This document shows positions 10,520-20,107 of a stretch of 64,000 bases of DNA, one piece after another. The stretch lies in assembly GCA_963792585.1 (NCBI GenBank), contig CAWBWI010000006.1, positions 928,001 through 992,000 of the forward strand, given 5' to 3'. The first letter of the stretch is position 1; the number at the start of each line of letters is the position of its first letter. The notes beneath the pieces were generated by a model that saw nothing but the letters and a program-made list of their open reading frames with translations, did no database searches and was not told where the DNA came from. The translations under genes and the position numbers were made by a program. The DNA is from Candidatus Eiseniibacteriota bacterium. Its GTDB lineage: Bacteria > Eisenbacteria > RBG-16-71-46 > CAIMUX01 > VGJL01.

Positions 10520-10933
10520 CTACCGATAGACAGCCTTGATGTGGCCCCAGGTTGTCTGGCTGTCAGGCGTCAGTTCTTCGACGGTGATGGTCCCCACCAT
10601 GCCGAACATACAGTGGTGCGTGCAGTAGTACTGGAAGACTCCGGCGGTGCCGAAGCCCAGGGTGAAGCTCGCTCCCGGCACGACATCTCCCGAGTCCCAC
10701 AGGCCATCCGGCGTGCAATCGGGTGGACCGCTGGTGGATGTGTGGTTGTCCTCGTCCGCGTTCGTCCAGGTGATCGAGTCTCCCACCGCGATGGTCAGGA
10801 TGTCAGGATGGAACAGATCATCACTACCCATCGTCACCTGCCATGTCGAGGCCTGGGCTGCGGTGCCCATGGAGATGAGTAGAAGGAGGGAGGCCAGAAG
10901 CACCTGTATGAAATCCAGTCGTCCAGTTTTCAT
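10520..10933 (-). CDS. Plastocyanin/cupredoxin-like secreted protein with C-terminal TWGxIK tail
   Basis: GDSITWTN...HT...YYCTHHCMFGMVGTITV (type-1 Cu ligand pattern H, C, H, M); ends TTWGHIKAVYR; start MKTGRL behind AGGAG. Confidence 0.85.
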   Translation of the reverse strand: MKTGRLDFIQVLLASLLLLISMGTAAQASTWQVTMGSDDLFHPDILTIAVGDSITWTNADEDNHTSTSGPPDCTPDGLWDSGDVVPGASFTLGFGTAGVFQYYCTHHCMFGMVGTITVEELTPDSQTTWGHIKAVYR

Positions 10934-11481
10934 CTGTGCTGTCTCCTGATGACGGGAATGTTGCAACCACCGGATCGGTCCCGTCCACGAGCCGGCTGCG
11001 ATCGGCCGCACGGGTGCGGCAGAGCTTCTACCATCAGAAGTCGCGAAACCCCTGGACCGATACCAGGATTATCGGAAGTTGATCATTGTCGTGGACAAAA
11101 CGAGCTCCCTCACCGCAATATGGGACCGGCTTCCGAGGGGAACCGTGAAGATCGACACAAGTTGGGCGGATCGTCTTGTAACACCGTTGCCGGGGGTACC
11201 CCAGAGAATCCTCCGGTAGTACCACGCGCATGGGAGGCGGCGCTGCCTCGGTGGCCGTGACGTGCCGCGCTGACCATATCGATCTATCCGGCGGAATCTG
11301 ACCCAGGGGGTGATGGTTTTCGACAGCGGCGCGACGTGTCATGCGCCGAAAGGAAGTGGCGGGGCTTCGTCCCGTTGGCTGAATGCGGTAGACTCAAGCT
11401 GCAAGGGGCGAGCTGCTTCGGAGATGAAGTCCTTTCGGCAGGCCGCGCCGGTGTGTCGGACCCCCGACCGTCGCAGACCCG

Positions 11482-12243
11482 ATGCACCAGGAGTCGAGGA
11501 GAGAAATCCCCCTGAAGAGATTCCTCATCGCCGCCGCAGTCGCATGCTCCATCTTTCCCAGCGATCTTCCTGCGCAACCTCGCGAGGGGAAGATCCTCTA
11601 TGTCCAACCGATGGGACGCGGGGTTGCCCCGGGTGACGTAGAATATGTTCGTGAGACGCTGGAGCGTTTCTACGACATGACCGTCATCTCGCTCATGCCC
11701 GTCGAGTTGCCGGGCAATGCCTATTACAGTCCGCGAAATCGATATCGCGCCGAACGCCTCCTTGCGTATCTGAAGGACCATCAACCGACTGACTGCTTCC
11801 GGATTCTGGGTCTTACGGACCGAGACATTTCGACGACCCACGGCGATGTCTTGGACTGGGGCGTCATCGGCCTCGCGATGCTCGGCGGACCGAGCAGTAT
11901 CGTCTCATCGGCGCGGTGTGGAAATCCCGCCTCCGGCGCGACCCGGCGACGCGACCGTCTCGCTAAGGCGGCCGTGCACGAGGTCGGCCACAACCTGGGT
12001 CTATCGCACTGCACGGCTCCAGGCTGCCTCATGAACGACGCGAAGGGGCACGCCTTCACCGTGGATCGCGGGTACGACTTCTGCCCGCAATGCAGGGCGA
12101 TCCTGGACGGGGCGGGGACTGTCCTGAACGCCGATCTCCAGATACCCTGGACCTGGCATGCGGACATGATCCCACAACCCCGCCTCGAATCGCTGACTGC
12201 ATCCGATGGGAGCGTTGACTCCACCTGTGCGGACCGCGATTAG
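11482..12243 (+). CDS. Archaemetzincin-like (M54) zinc metallopeptidase
   Basis: HEVGHNLGLSHC...CLM...FCPQC: HExxHxxGxxH plus the Cys-rich second Zn site. Possible signal peptide. Confidence 0.88.
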   Translation: MHQESRREIPLKRFLIAAAVACSIFPSDLPAQPREGKILYVQPMGRGVAPGDVEYVRETLERFYDMTVISLMPVELPGNAYYSPRNRYRAERLLAYLKDHQPTDCFRILGLTDRDISTTHGDVLDWGVIGLAMLGGPSSIVSSARCGNPASGATRRRDRLAKAAVHEVGHNLGLSHCTAPGCLMNDAKGHAFTVDRGYDFCPQCRAILDGAGTVLNADLQIPWTWHADMIPQPRLESLTASDGSVDSTCADRD

Positions 12244-12273
12244 CGAGACGCACTATGGGCGTCGACTCCCACA

Positions 12274-12849
12274 CTAACCCCGATTGGCGAGACGGATCAC
12301 GAGCCCCGACCCGAACAGGAACACACCCGCCACGAACATGTAGGGAAGTGTACTTGCCGTAGCCGGGAGTTGGTCGGATGACGCGGCGACGTCCGTCGTC
12401 GCTCCTTCTTGACCCGTCGCCGATCCTTCAGCGAACTCCGTAGGCGCGCCGGCCGCATACGATTCGCGGCTACCGCCGTTCAGGACCGCAAGGAGTCCGA
12501 GAGTCTCGACGTTCTTCGCCACATCCGTATCTTGATCGAGCGCGCCGTATTCTACGCGGACCCGATCGCCCGGGATCATAGCCGCGCCGTAGCCTCGATG
12601 CTGGTCGAGCGCGAAATCCATCGTACGTCCGTCCGGCGCGCGAACGACAAGCTCCTCCCCCGAGGAACTCACGACGGTCCCCGTAGTGTAGGAGGAAGGG
12701 CCTTCGGGAACGACGACAGCAGCGGGCGGAATACCCGAGTTCGCGGTCTGCGGATCATCGATCGGATCCGCTCGGCTGATCGAAGTACCCGCCATCCAGA
12801 TCGCCAGAAGCGCGGCCGGGAATGCCAATGTCCACCTGAGCGTGTGCAT
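12274..12849 (-). CDS. Secreted protein with LPxTA sortase-type C-terminal anchor
   Basis: Signal peptide; C-terminus LPATAS + hydrophobic helix + RLANRG. Confidence 0.75.
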   Translation of the reverse strand: MHTLRWTLAFPAALLAIWMAGTSISRADPIDDPQTANSGIPPAAVVVPEGPSSYTTGTVVSSSGEELVVRAPDGRTMDFALDQHRGYGAAMIPGDRVRVEYGALDQDTDVAKNVETLGLLAVLNGGSRESYAAGAPTEFAEGSATGQEGATTDVAASSDQLPATASTLPYMFVAGVFLFGSGLVIRLANRG

Positions 12850-13273
12850 GATGTTTCTCCTTGCGCTTCACGCGACGTGAAGCGGTTCACGTAAATCGCC
12901 CCCTCCTGATCATCGACCCGATGAAAGGCATACTTCGTGCCGTCGATCTGGAATTCGTATGCGACGGGTGTAGCTGCCTTTCATTGCTGCTGGATGCGTT
13001 CACGATCCGAGGGCCCTGCGCGAGGTCTGGCGATCGAGCGGAGTCTGTAGATTCTACTCGCCTTCGTCAGCTCTACACGGGCCCGGTGCCAGCCGCGGGA
13101 CGAATGCGATCTGGTCAGTCGCTTTCCGGCAGTAACGAGGATGGAGTCACCCAACCATGGGTTCGCCGTCCATTGATGCCCTCCTTGCGAAGAACGGAGC
13201 TTGGCTCACACCGAGGATCGACGCGTTCGCGCCGCATCGCGCTAAAGCACGTGAAACGTGGTGACGAAAAGGA

Positions 13274-13565
13274 CTACCGGTAGATCCCCTTCACGGCGAC
13301 CCGGCTGGTGCTCCTCGTCGGCACCACGCCGCATTCGAACTCCTGGCTGGCGTCGAACTCAACGAAGCCGTCGAAGATCCAATCCGGGTAGGAAGAACAG
13401 ATGCTCCGGAACATCGAGAGACAATCCGGGATAGCGCCGGCAGCGAGCCGTCCGAGCTGCGGAGGATATGTATGGTCGCCGGCTTGCGCGACGAACCAGT
13501 ACCGGACAGATGCCGCCACGGGAAACGAGACACCGCCCTCGTAGACGAAGATCGGGTAGTACCCC
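13274..13565 (-). pseudogene. C-terminal fragment of a secreted TWGxIK-tail-type protein (decayed)
   Basis: ...YWFVAQAGDHTYPPQLGRL...DASQEFECGVVPTRSTSRVAVKGIYR*; the tail is a degenerate form of TxWGxxKxxYR. No start or signal peptide of its own. Confidence 0.5.
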
Positions 13566-13569
13566 CCTG

Positions 13570-13696
13570 GCAATAGCCGAATGAGAGTCGTCCTCCCCGA
13601 CTGCCGGGGACCGGTCAGAACCACGTTCGGGAAATGGCGGGCGGCCTGCTGCAGTACAGGAGTGAGGGTGCGCGTCAAGTATGTTGCCGCAGCCAT
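13570..13696 (-). pseudogene. N-terminal fragment of an AAA+ ATPase (AAA_14/DUF4143-like)
   Basis: YLTRTLTPVLQQAARHFPNVVLTGPRQSGRTTL matches 'vvltGPRQsGKTTL' with the Walker A K changed to R; only ~42 aa remain. Confidence 0.65.
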
Positions 13697-13774
13697 GCAC
13701 GAATCGTGACGTCTCCAGAATGCGGTGTCAGGCAAATTGGGAATTCGATTCCTATTCTGCACAGAACATTCGAC

Positions 13775-13965
13775 CCGGGCTTGCCCTTGGCAACCAAGCG
13801 GCGGCGTTGTTCGTCCGTGATCCGCGAGGATTGGCCGCGAGCTTCAGGCTGTTCCTTCAAGACCCGGTTCTCTTCGATCAGATGGGTGATGACCTCCGCT
13901 TGCTGTCGGCTGACCCAAGCCGCGGACGCGGCCAGCAGGAGTTGGAGATGGATTGTATCCACCAC
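13775..13965 (-). mobile_element. N-terminal remnant of an integrase-core (rve-type) transposase
   Basis: LQLLLAASAAWVSRQQAEVITHLIEENRVLKEQ...ITDEQRRRLVAKGK resembles the N-terminus of rve transposases common in Planctomycetes-like genomes; truncated. Confidence 0.6.
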
Positions 13966-14033
13966 TAGGTGAGCACTCCCCCGGGTTCGCTGCGCGGCGT
14001 TGAAGCGCGCGACGCGGGACACGTGGACGGCGG

Positions 14034-14387
14034 TCAGCGAACGACCAGCCACACCCCCACGAGAATGATCCCGATCCCCGCGTACTGAAGCGGCGTCAGC
14101 CGCTCGCCGAACAGGAACCACCCGAAGATCAGGATCACGAGATAACCCAGACTCACCATCAGCGGGTAGGCCATGCTGATCTTGAGAGTCTTCAGGGCCA
14201 TCGAGTAGCAGGCGAGGTTCGCGGCGAAGCAGAAGAGACCGAGCAGATACGACCAGCTCAGGAACGGCGCCAGCGCCCCGTGCACCGGCAGGATCGGCTG
14301 CACGTTGCGCGTCATCGAGTACTTGATGAGGACATTGGCCAGTGCGTTGAGCGTGAGCGCCAGGCCGAGGAAGAGGTATGCGGGCAC
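14034..14387 (-). CDS. SMR/EamA-like (DMT superfamily) small membrane transporter
   Basis: 117 aa, four TM helices, 'ISMAYPL', 'FGERLT...GIGIILVGV'. Confidence 0.85.
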   Translation of the reverse strand: MPAYLFLGLALTLNALANVLIKYSMTRNVQPILPVHGALAPFLSWSYLLGLFCFAANLACYSMALKTLKISMAYPLMVSLGYLVILIFGWFLFGERLTPLQYAGIGIILVGVWLVVR

Positions 14388-14397
14388 CGCGCGTCGT

Positions 14398-15048
14398 CTA
14401 CGGCCGCTTCGGGCCGCCCTCCTCGAAGAGGCCGAGCTGCTCGGGACCGAGCGGCAGGGAGGCCATCACCTGATCGATCCAGGCGTCCCGCGACCAGGCC
14501 GGCAGTCGCACGCAGTCGACCCGGAAGTCCTTCAGAAGAGACTCGATCACCTGGTCGATCTCCAGCTGGTAGTCGGTCGCGGTGTCGCGGACCCCATCGA
14601 AACGCGGCTTGGTGATGATCGGAACCTTGATCAGGGCGGCGTAGGTCGGGAGCCAGGCCGCCATCAGCTCGTCGAAAACGCGGTTGCGCCCGAACTTCTG
14701 GACCAGATAGGCATAGTTGTCAATGACGGCTCGATCACAGACGATGACGTCATGGCGCGCGGCGGCGGCGATCTCATCGGCGATCTGGGTGTGGAGGATC
14801 CACGACTGGGCCTCCACCGTCGTGTCCCGGTTCAGAGGAAGCGGACAAGCGCGGGCGACCTCCTTTACCATGTCGACACGGAGGTCGCGGCGCTTCAGCC
14901 GGGCGGCCAGCTCGAAGCAGAGGGTCGTCTTGCCGACACCGTGCGAGCCGACAAAGGCGACCTTCAGCCCGAGGGGCTCGGTAGGTGGATCCTGTCTTCC
15001 TTCGATGATCACGCGCGCGAGCCTACCATGCCCTCGGGCAAGCGGCAA
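14398..15048 (-). CDS. AAA_28/NadR-like P-loop nucleotide kinase-type protein (start uncertain)
   Basis: KVAFVGSHGVGKTT Walker A, EVAR, VCDRAVID. True start is probably near 14970. Confidence 0.75.
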   Translation of the reverse strand: MPLARGHGRLARVIIEGRQDPPTEPLGLKVAFVGSHGVGKTTLCFELAARLKRRDLRVDMVKEVARACPLPLNRDTTVEAQSWILHTQIADEIAAAARHDVIVCDRAVIDNYAYLVQKFGRNRVFDELMAAWLPTYAALIKVPIITKPRFDGVRDTATDYQLEIDQVIESLLKDFRVDCVRLPAWSRDAWIDQVMASLPLGPEQLGLFEEGGPKRP

Positions 15049-15122
15049 CGCCGGCTACGAAACCGGCGGCGGAGTTGGGCGCGAGAACGCGCCCGGAACA
15101 TGCGACCCGCGCGGAGGTCCCC

Positions 15123-15968
15123 ATGACCCGCATCCGTATCGGCGAAGCGGACTACGTCATCGCCGACGAGCAGTGGGAAGAGTACGTGCGAATGGGTCGG
15201 ATCCCGCCGAGTGCCTGGATCCTCTCGCCCGTCTGGACACAAGGAGTTTGGCGGCTCGCCGATTCGATGGAGGTCTACCACCTCTTCATACCATCGCGTT
15301 CCCTCCTGCGCGCGCGCCCCGGGCCGAGCGTGCTGGACGTGATCTTCCCGCGCCGCGGACTCTCGATGACCGAGACCCTGATCCTCGTCAACCTGATCAT
15401 CACCGCCGCGCTCTATCTGGTCTGGCGCGACGACTACTCCGCGAGGCTCTGGTGGCTCGCGCAGTTCCTCCGCAGGTTCGTGGGCGACGGTCGAAACTTC
15501 TGGGCGGCCGGGCTCGCGGTATTCCTCCACGCCACGCCGCAGCATGTCTTCATGAACATGGTCGCGCTGGCCGCCGCGGGAAGCGTCGTGGAGTACTTCT
15601 ACGGCAAGTGGAAGATGTTCGTGAGCTACATCATCGCGGGTTACGGCGGGGCTGCCCTCTCCATCGCGTTACGCGACAAGCCGCTTCTTTCCGTCGGCGC
15701 TTCCGGGGCCGTCTTCGGGCTCTACGGGCTCGTCCTGCTCTTCGTGCTGGGCAATCTTCGACGATTCACCCCGCAGCAACGGTGGAAGTCGGTTCGCGTC
15801 TATCTGCCGATCCTGTTGCTGGCGATCGTCCCCTCGCTCGCCGGGGAACGGGTCGACTTCTATGCGCACCTGGGCGGCTTCCTGACCGGTTGCTTGATCG
15901 GGCTCTTCCTTCCGCCCGGGCCGAGGATCGAGTCGATCGTCGCTCCCCGGGAGGAGCGCGTGGCATGA
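15123..15968 (+). CDS. Rhomboid-family intramembrane serine protease
   Basis: FLH...HVFMNM, SVGASGAVFG (catalytic Ser), AHLGG (catalytic His); GGAGG RBS before ATG 15123. Confidence 0.92.
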   Translation: MTRIRIGEADYVIADEQWEEYVRMGRIPPSAWILSPVWTQGVWRLADSMEVYHLFIPSRSLLRARPGPSVLDVIFPRRGLSMTETLILVNLIITAALYLVWRDDYSARLWWLAQFLRRFVGDGRNFWAAGLAVFLHATPQHVFMNMVALAAAGSVVEYFYGKWKMFVSYIIAGYGGAALSIALRDKPLLSVGASGAVFGLYGLVLLFVLGNLRRFTPQQRWKSVRVYLPILLLAIVPSLAGERVDFYAHLGGFLTGCLIGLFLPPGPRIESIVAPREERVA

Positions 15969-16573
15969 CCCGCCCCCGATCCAGCGATCGCAGCCTGTTC
16001 CGATTCTGTCCTCACTGCGCCGCCCTCATGAGGTGGATGGAGCCCCATGGCGTCCCACGCCCGGTTTGCCCGGGATGCGGATGGACCCAGTTCCGCAATC
16101 CCGTCGTGGGCGTCGCGGCGGTGATCGACGAGGAAGCCGTCACGGCCCTCCTGGGCGCCGCGGCGGTCCACGCGGCGACGGGAGACGCCCCGGCCCCGGC
16201 AGAACGCCGCGTGCTTCTCGCGCGGCGCGCCGCTTCCTACCGTGGCCTCTTCTGCCTTCCGTGCGGTTACGTCGAATACGACGAAGATATCCGCGAAGCG
16301 CTCGTCCGGGAGACGGAGGAGGAAACCGGTCTCGCCGTCACGCCGGGCGAGATCGTCGCGGTCCATTCGAATTTCCACGATCCGGACCGGCAGAGCGTGG
16401 GGATCTGGTTCCGTGCCATCCCGGTTGGAGGGACGCTCCGACCCGGAGACGATGTCGACAAGCTTCGCTTCGTTTCCTCCGGCGCCCCGGGAGTCCCCCT
16501 GGCCTTTCCCACCGACGCGGAGGTCCTCGCCTTGCTGGCCAAGGATGGCGGGTCTCCGCGCGAGACTGCGTGA
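15965..16573 (+). CDS. NUDIX hydrolase with N-terminal zinc ribbon
   Basis: FCPHC...CPGC; Nudix box GYVEYDEDIREALVRETEEETGL; ATGA overlap with the rhomboid gene. Confidence 0.88.
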   Translation: MTRPRSSDRSLFRFCPHCAALMRWMEPHGVPRPVCPGCGWTQFRNPVVGVAAVIDEEAVTALLGAAAVHAATGDAPAPAERRVLLARRAASYRGLFCLPCGYVEYDEDIREALVRETEEETGLAVTPGEIVAVHSNFHDPDRQSVGIWFRAIPVGGTLRPGDDVDKLRFVSSGAPGVPLAFPTDAEVLALLAKDGGSPRETA

Positions 16574-16617
16574 ATCGGTTCTCCTGAAGAGGCGCGGAAT
16601 CGGCTATTCTTGAGTCG

Positions 16618-19203
16618 ATGCGTTTACGACTTCGCGCCGCGATTCTCGTTCTAGCGGTCTCGGGAGCACCGGCCTTTGCACAGGAACCCCGGTCCCTCGG
16701 GCTCGAGAAGCCGTTCTTCGTCGGCAACATGCAGACGATCGACCGCGACGCTGCGATCGACCTCGGCAACGACGGCGTAACCGACCTCCTGATCTATGGC
16801 TCCGGCCTTCTCGGCGGGACAGAGAGAATTCCAGCCGGATCGCGCGGCGCACTGCAGATCATCGCCCGCGACGCCGACGGCCGGTGGCGTCACGCACAGT
16901 CGTTCCCCAATCTGCCCGATCGTTTTGCGGACCCGACATTCGCCCACGGAGATGTGGACGGAGACGGTCTGGAGGACATCCTCACCGGCATCGTCTCCGA
17001 GCAACAGCATTGGAACGATCCGGAAACATACGGCATCGACTTCCTCCGTCAGGCCCCCTCCGGAGAACTCCAGCGGGCCGGCACCGCCTCCCTGGACTCG
17101 ATCATCCAGGAACGTTCGAGAATCAGCATCTTGGGCGACGGCTCAGGAAGGGTCTTGGTCACGACCCCTTCCCATGCCGCGAACGAGGCGTGGGGAGTCT
17201 GGGGGACACTGCTACAGTGGCGTGCGGAGACCGGTTGGATGCAGCTGTGGCGCGCCGCCGCCGATTCGGTGGTCCATTACAATACGGATATCGGGCGCGG
17301 AATCCTCCTCGGAGACGGCTTCCCGCTCTGGGTCACCTACGGCTATGACCCCTACTCCGGCCGCCGTTGGGGCAGCGCCTTCCCGATCAAGCCCGACGGA
17401 TGGGGAACCGCGATCGCCTTCGACCTCCCGCGCAACGGGCAGTTCTATGAGCTGGAGCGTAACGGAGAGCGTGAGCTGTGGTGCTGGACCGAAGCGGAGG
17501 ATGATTCGCTCTATCAGATCGTCAAAGTGCCGGGGGCCGATTCGATCTATGCGCGGGCGATCCCCATCGAAGGACTATCGCAAACCATCAATTTGACCCC
17601 GATCGACGCGGTCGTGACCTCGAGCGGGACGACGTATCTTCTCGCGACCGAAGAATACAACCACGCCTATCTCGTCGAGCTGTCACGAGATGGTTCGGCG
17701 CGCCTCCAGTCCCACTGGACGGGTCCGTACGCGGCACCGATTCGACTGGTCATTGCTCCCAAAGGAAACGTCGAGGTTCTCTGGGGCAACTCCAGAGTGC
17801 TTCTCCTCCTTCCACCGCAGCCCCATGAGATCCCCCCGCCTTTAGTGCCGATCCGCATCTCGCAGCTCGATGCGCAAACGGACTTCGACGGCGATGGTTT
17901 GATCGACCTCGTCGTCCAAGGAACGGTGGGCGGGGTCACCGCGGGTTGGATCCTTCGCGGGATCGACAGACCCCCCTGGTTCCGAACGCCCGAGCCGGTG
18001 AACTCCTTCCCGGATGACCCCCGTATGTCCTACTCCTGCGCTGTCGGCGACCTGGACGGCGACGGCCGCACGGACCTGATCCAGCTCTTCGAGGATTATT
18101 GGAGCGAACCGCGCGCCGCGATGATGGTCTGCCGATTCTGGGATCGATGGCGGTTCCGGCATGACAACGCCTCGGACGCAGCCCTGGCAAACATCGCCGG
18201 CTGGGAAGTCGGTGACTTCGACGGTGACCGCCGCGACGAGGTCATCGTCATCTGGCGCGCCCTCGACGGAGAGGTCAAGCGCACCATCTACAAATGGAAT
18301 CGTAACGGAGAACTGGAGTCCTCCCGAGAATTCAAGGACCCCTCGTTCAATTACTACGATCTTTGGCGCGCAGGTGACGTCGACGGCGATGGCCGCGACG
18401 AACTGATGGGCGCCCGGGAGTTCAGCTTCGCCCTCTGGAGGATCGATCCCGATTCGGCCACGGCCACCATTCTCGGCTCCTGGGCCCACGGACGGGGCTT
18501 CGAGGGAGGCGGGCTCGCCGACCTGAGCGGCGACGGTTGTGACGATCTCTACTGGTTCGGCCAGGACGAGTCGTGGGTCTGGTCTCTCGAGAGCAAGGAC
18601 CCGTACTCGTTCACGCGCGGGCAGATCCCGTTCGAACCTCTCGTCGGCGCGGACTTCACCGCTGTGGACGTGGACACGGATGGATGCCCGGATCTGCTCG
18701 GCGACTCGGACGACGGACTCGTCGAGATGATCGCCAATCCGCTGGATTCCCCCCGCCCCTCCATCGGGGTCCTACCGGAGTTGCTCGCGGACCTCGACCT
18801 GGTCCGGTACTCCCCCACCGTATGGGCGGACGTAGACCGGGACGGAGATCCGGATCTCGTGACCCTCTGCGGGGACGGCATTCGCGTCCACCGAAACGAG
18901 ACGATCCAGCCGGCCGATGACGGCGGCGCGTCCCCGATGGTCCGGTTCGCGGGTCGGCACCCCGCGCGCGACGAGACGAGGGTCGCGGTCCATGCCGATT
19001 GCGCCGGTGAAATCAGCTTGGAGCTTTTCGACGTGGCGGGGCGGCGCGTCTGGAGCGAAAAACGCCCCGCGTGGACCGAGGGGTGGCTCGAGGTTCCGAT
19101 CCGGCCCCGGGTCGGACGGGCCGCCGTCCCGGCGGGCGTTTATTTCCTGCGGGTGGAGGTGTCGGGACGTGTGGAAACGCAGCGAATCGTTCTGGGCTTC
19201 TAG
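16618..19203 (+). CDS. FG-GAP/VCBS-repeat secreted protein with T9SS-A-like C-terminal domain
   Basis: Repeated GDxDGDGxxDL motifs; signal peptide; tail FDVAGRRV...AGVYFLRV. Confidence 0.85.
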   Translation: MRLRLRAAILVLAVSGAPAFAQEPRSLGLEKPFFVGNMQTIDRDAAIDLGNDGVTDLLIYGSGLLGGTERIPAGSRGALQIIARDADGRWRHAQSFPNLPDRFADPTFAHGDVDGDGLEDILTGIVSEQQHWNDPETYGIDFLRQAPSGELQRAGTASLDSIIQERSRISILGDGSGRVLVTTPSHAANEAWGVWGTLLQWRAETGWMQLWRAAADSVVHYNTDIGRGILLGDGFPLWVTYGYDPYSGRRWGSAFPIKPDGWGTAIAFDLPRNGQFYELERNGERELWCWTEAEDDSLYQIVKVPGADSIYARAIPIEGLSQTINLTPIDAVVTSSGTTYLLATEEYNHAYLVELSRDGSARLQSHWTGPYAAPIRLVIAPKGNVEVLWGNSRVLLLLPPQPHEIPPPLVPIRISQLDAQTDFDGDGLIDLVVQGTVGGVTAGWILRGIDRPPWFRTPEPVNSFPDDPRMSYSCAVGDLDGDGRTDLIQLFEDYWSEPRAAMMVCRFWDRWRFRHDNASDAALANIAGWEVGDFDGDRRDEVIVIWRALDGEVKRTIYKWNRNGELESSREFKDPSFNYYDLWRAGDVDGDGRDELMGAREFSFALWRIDPDSATATILGSWAHGRGFEGGGLADLSGDGCDDLYWFGQDESWVWSLESKDPYSFTRGQIPFEPLVGADFTAVDVDTDGCPDLLGDSDDGLVEMIANPLDSPRPSIGVLPELLADLDLVRYSPTVWADVDRDGDPDLVTLCGDGIRVHRNETIQPADDGGASPMVRFAGRHPARDETRVAVHADCAGEISLELFDVAGRRVWSEKRPAWTEGWLEVPIRPRVGRAAVPAGVYFLRVEVSGRVETQRIVLGF

Positions 19204-20107
19204 CATCCTCTGCCTGGGGTTCCTGCTCTCCGGCTGCGCGGGAGACGAGGAACTCACGTACGATCCGGCGGCGTCGCCGCTCATGATCCAGCCCCGATTC
19301 CAGACGCAGTACGATCTCGCGCCCACCGTGAGCACCGACGCCTCGGTCCTCGCATGGGTCCGCATTGGTTCGAACGGCGACGACGATCCCAACTCGTGCC
19401 GGGTGATGCGACTTCGCCGCGCATCGGGCGTGATCGACACCCTGATCGCCCTCCAATCCCCCATCGAGGCGCTCGACATTTCCCCCGATGGAAACGCAAT
19501 CGTCGGGATCATCCCGATCGGCGCCGACAGCGTTCTACTGGGGCTCTGGCGGGACGGTCAGGTGGAGCCGCCGCGCCTCTTTCCCCTGAGTTACCTGAGT
19601 CCCCGCACGCCCCGATGGGACGGAGAGGTCTCCGTGCTCTTCGGCGCAACCGGACCTGAGGGAGGCGGCGTCTACCGGTGGGACCTGTCGACGGACCGGA
19701 TCACCCCCGTCTCGGTCCGCTTCACGGATCCGCTCGAGGAGTGGAGCGGCCGCTCGCCCGGCATCGACCGCTCGGGCGGCATGGTCTGCATGGAGCGGAA
19801 GACGGATCGCTTCACGTTCCAGGCGATGGTGCAGTCCCTCGATGGGCGAGACGAACCCATCTACGCAGTGGCGGGGGGCTCGCCCCACTTCTGGCAACTC
19901 GTTCCCGATGAGCCGGACGGTCTCCTCTTCCTCGACTCGCGGGCGAACCTCTGGGCCGCCCGCCTCGCGACGGGCGATGTCTACCCGATCCTCGCCGGGG
20001 TCTACGACTACGACGTTTCGCCCGACGGCCGGTGGCTCTTCGCGCGCGCGAGCGTCCCGTACAGCGGACTCGCGCTCATTCTGCGGGACATGCGGGATCT
20101 GCGATGA
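19169..20107 (+). CDS. Lipoprotein with TolB/PD40-like beta-propeller
   Basis: GTG start behind GGAGGT; lipobox LLSGC; ISPDGN and VSPDGRW repeats. Confidence 0.7.
   Translation: MWKRSESFWASSILCLGFLLSGCAGDEELTYDPAASPLMIQPRFQTQYDLAPTVSTDASVLAWVRIGSNGDDDPNSCRVMRLRRASGVIDTLIALQSPIEALDISPDGNAIVGIIPIGADSVLLGLWRDGQVEPPRLFPLSYLSPRTPRWDGEVSVLFGATGPEGGGVYRWDLSTDRITPVSVRFTDPLEEWSGRSPGIDRSGGMVCMERKTDRFTFQAMVQSLDGRDEPIYAVAGGSPHFWQLVPDEPDGLLFLDSRANLWAARLATGDVYPILAGVYDYDVSPDGRWLFARASVPYSGLALILRDMRDLR

Noticed and set aside
12861..13283. 140-aa plus-strand ORF
   Set aside because: No RBS, motif or protein-like composition that I can support.
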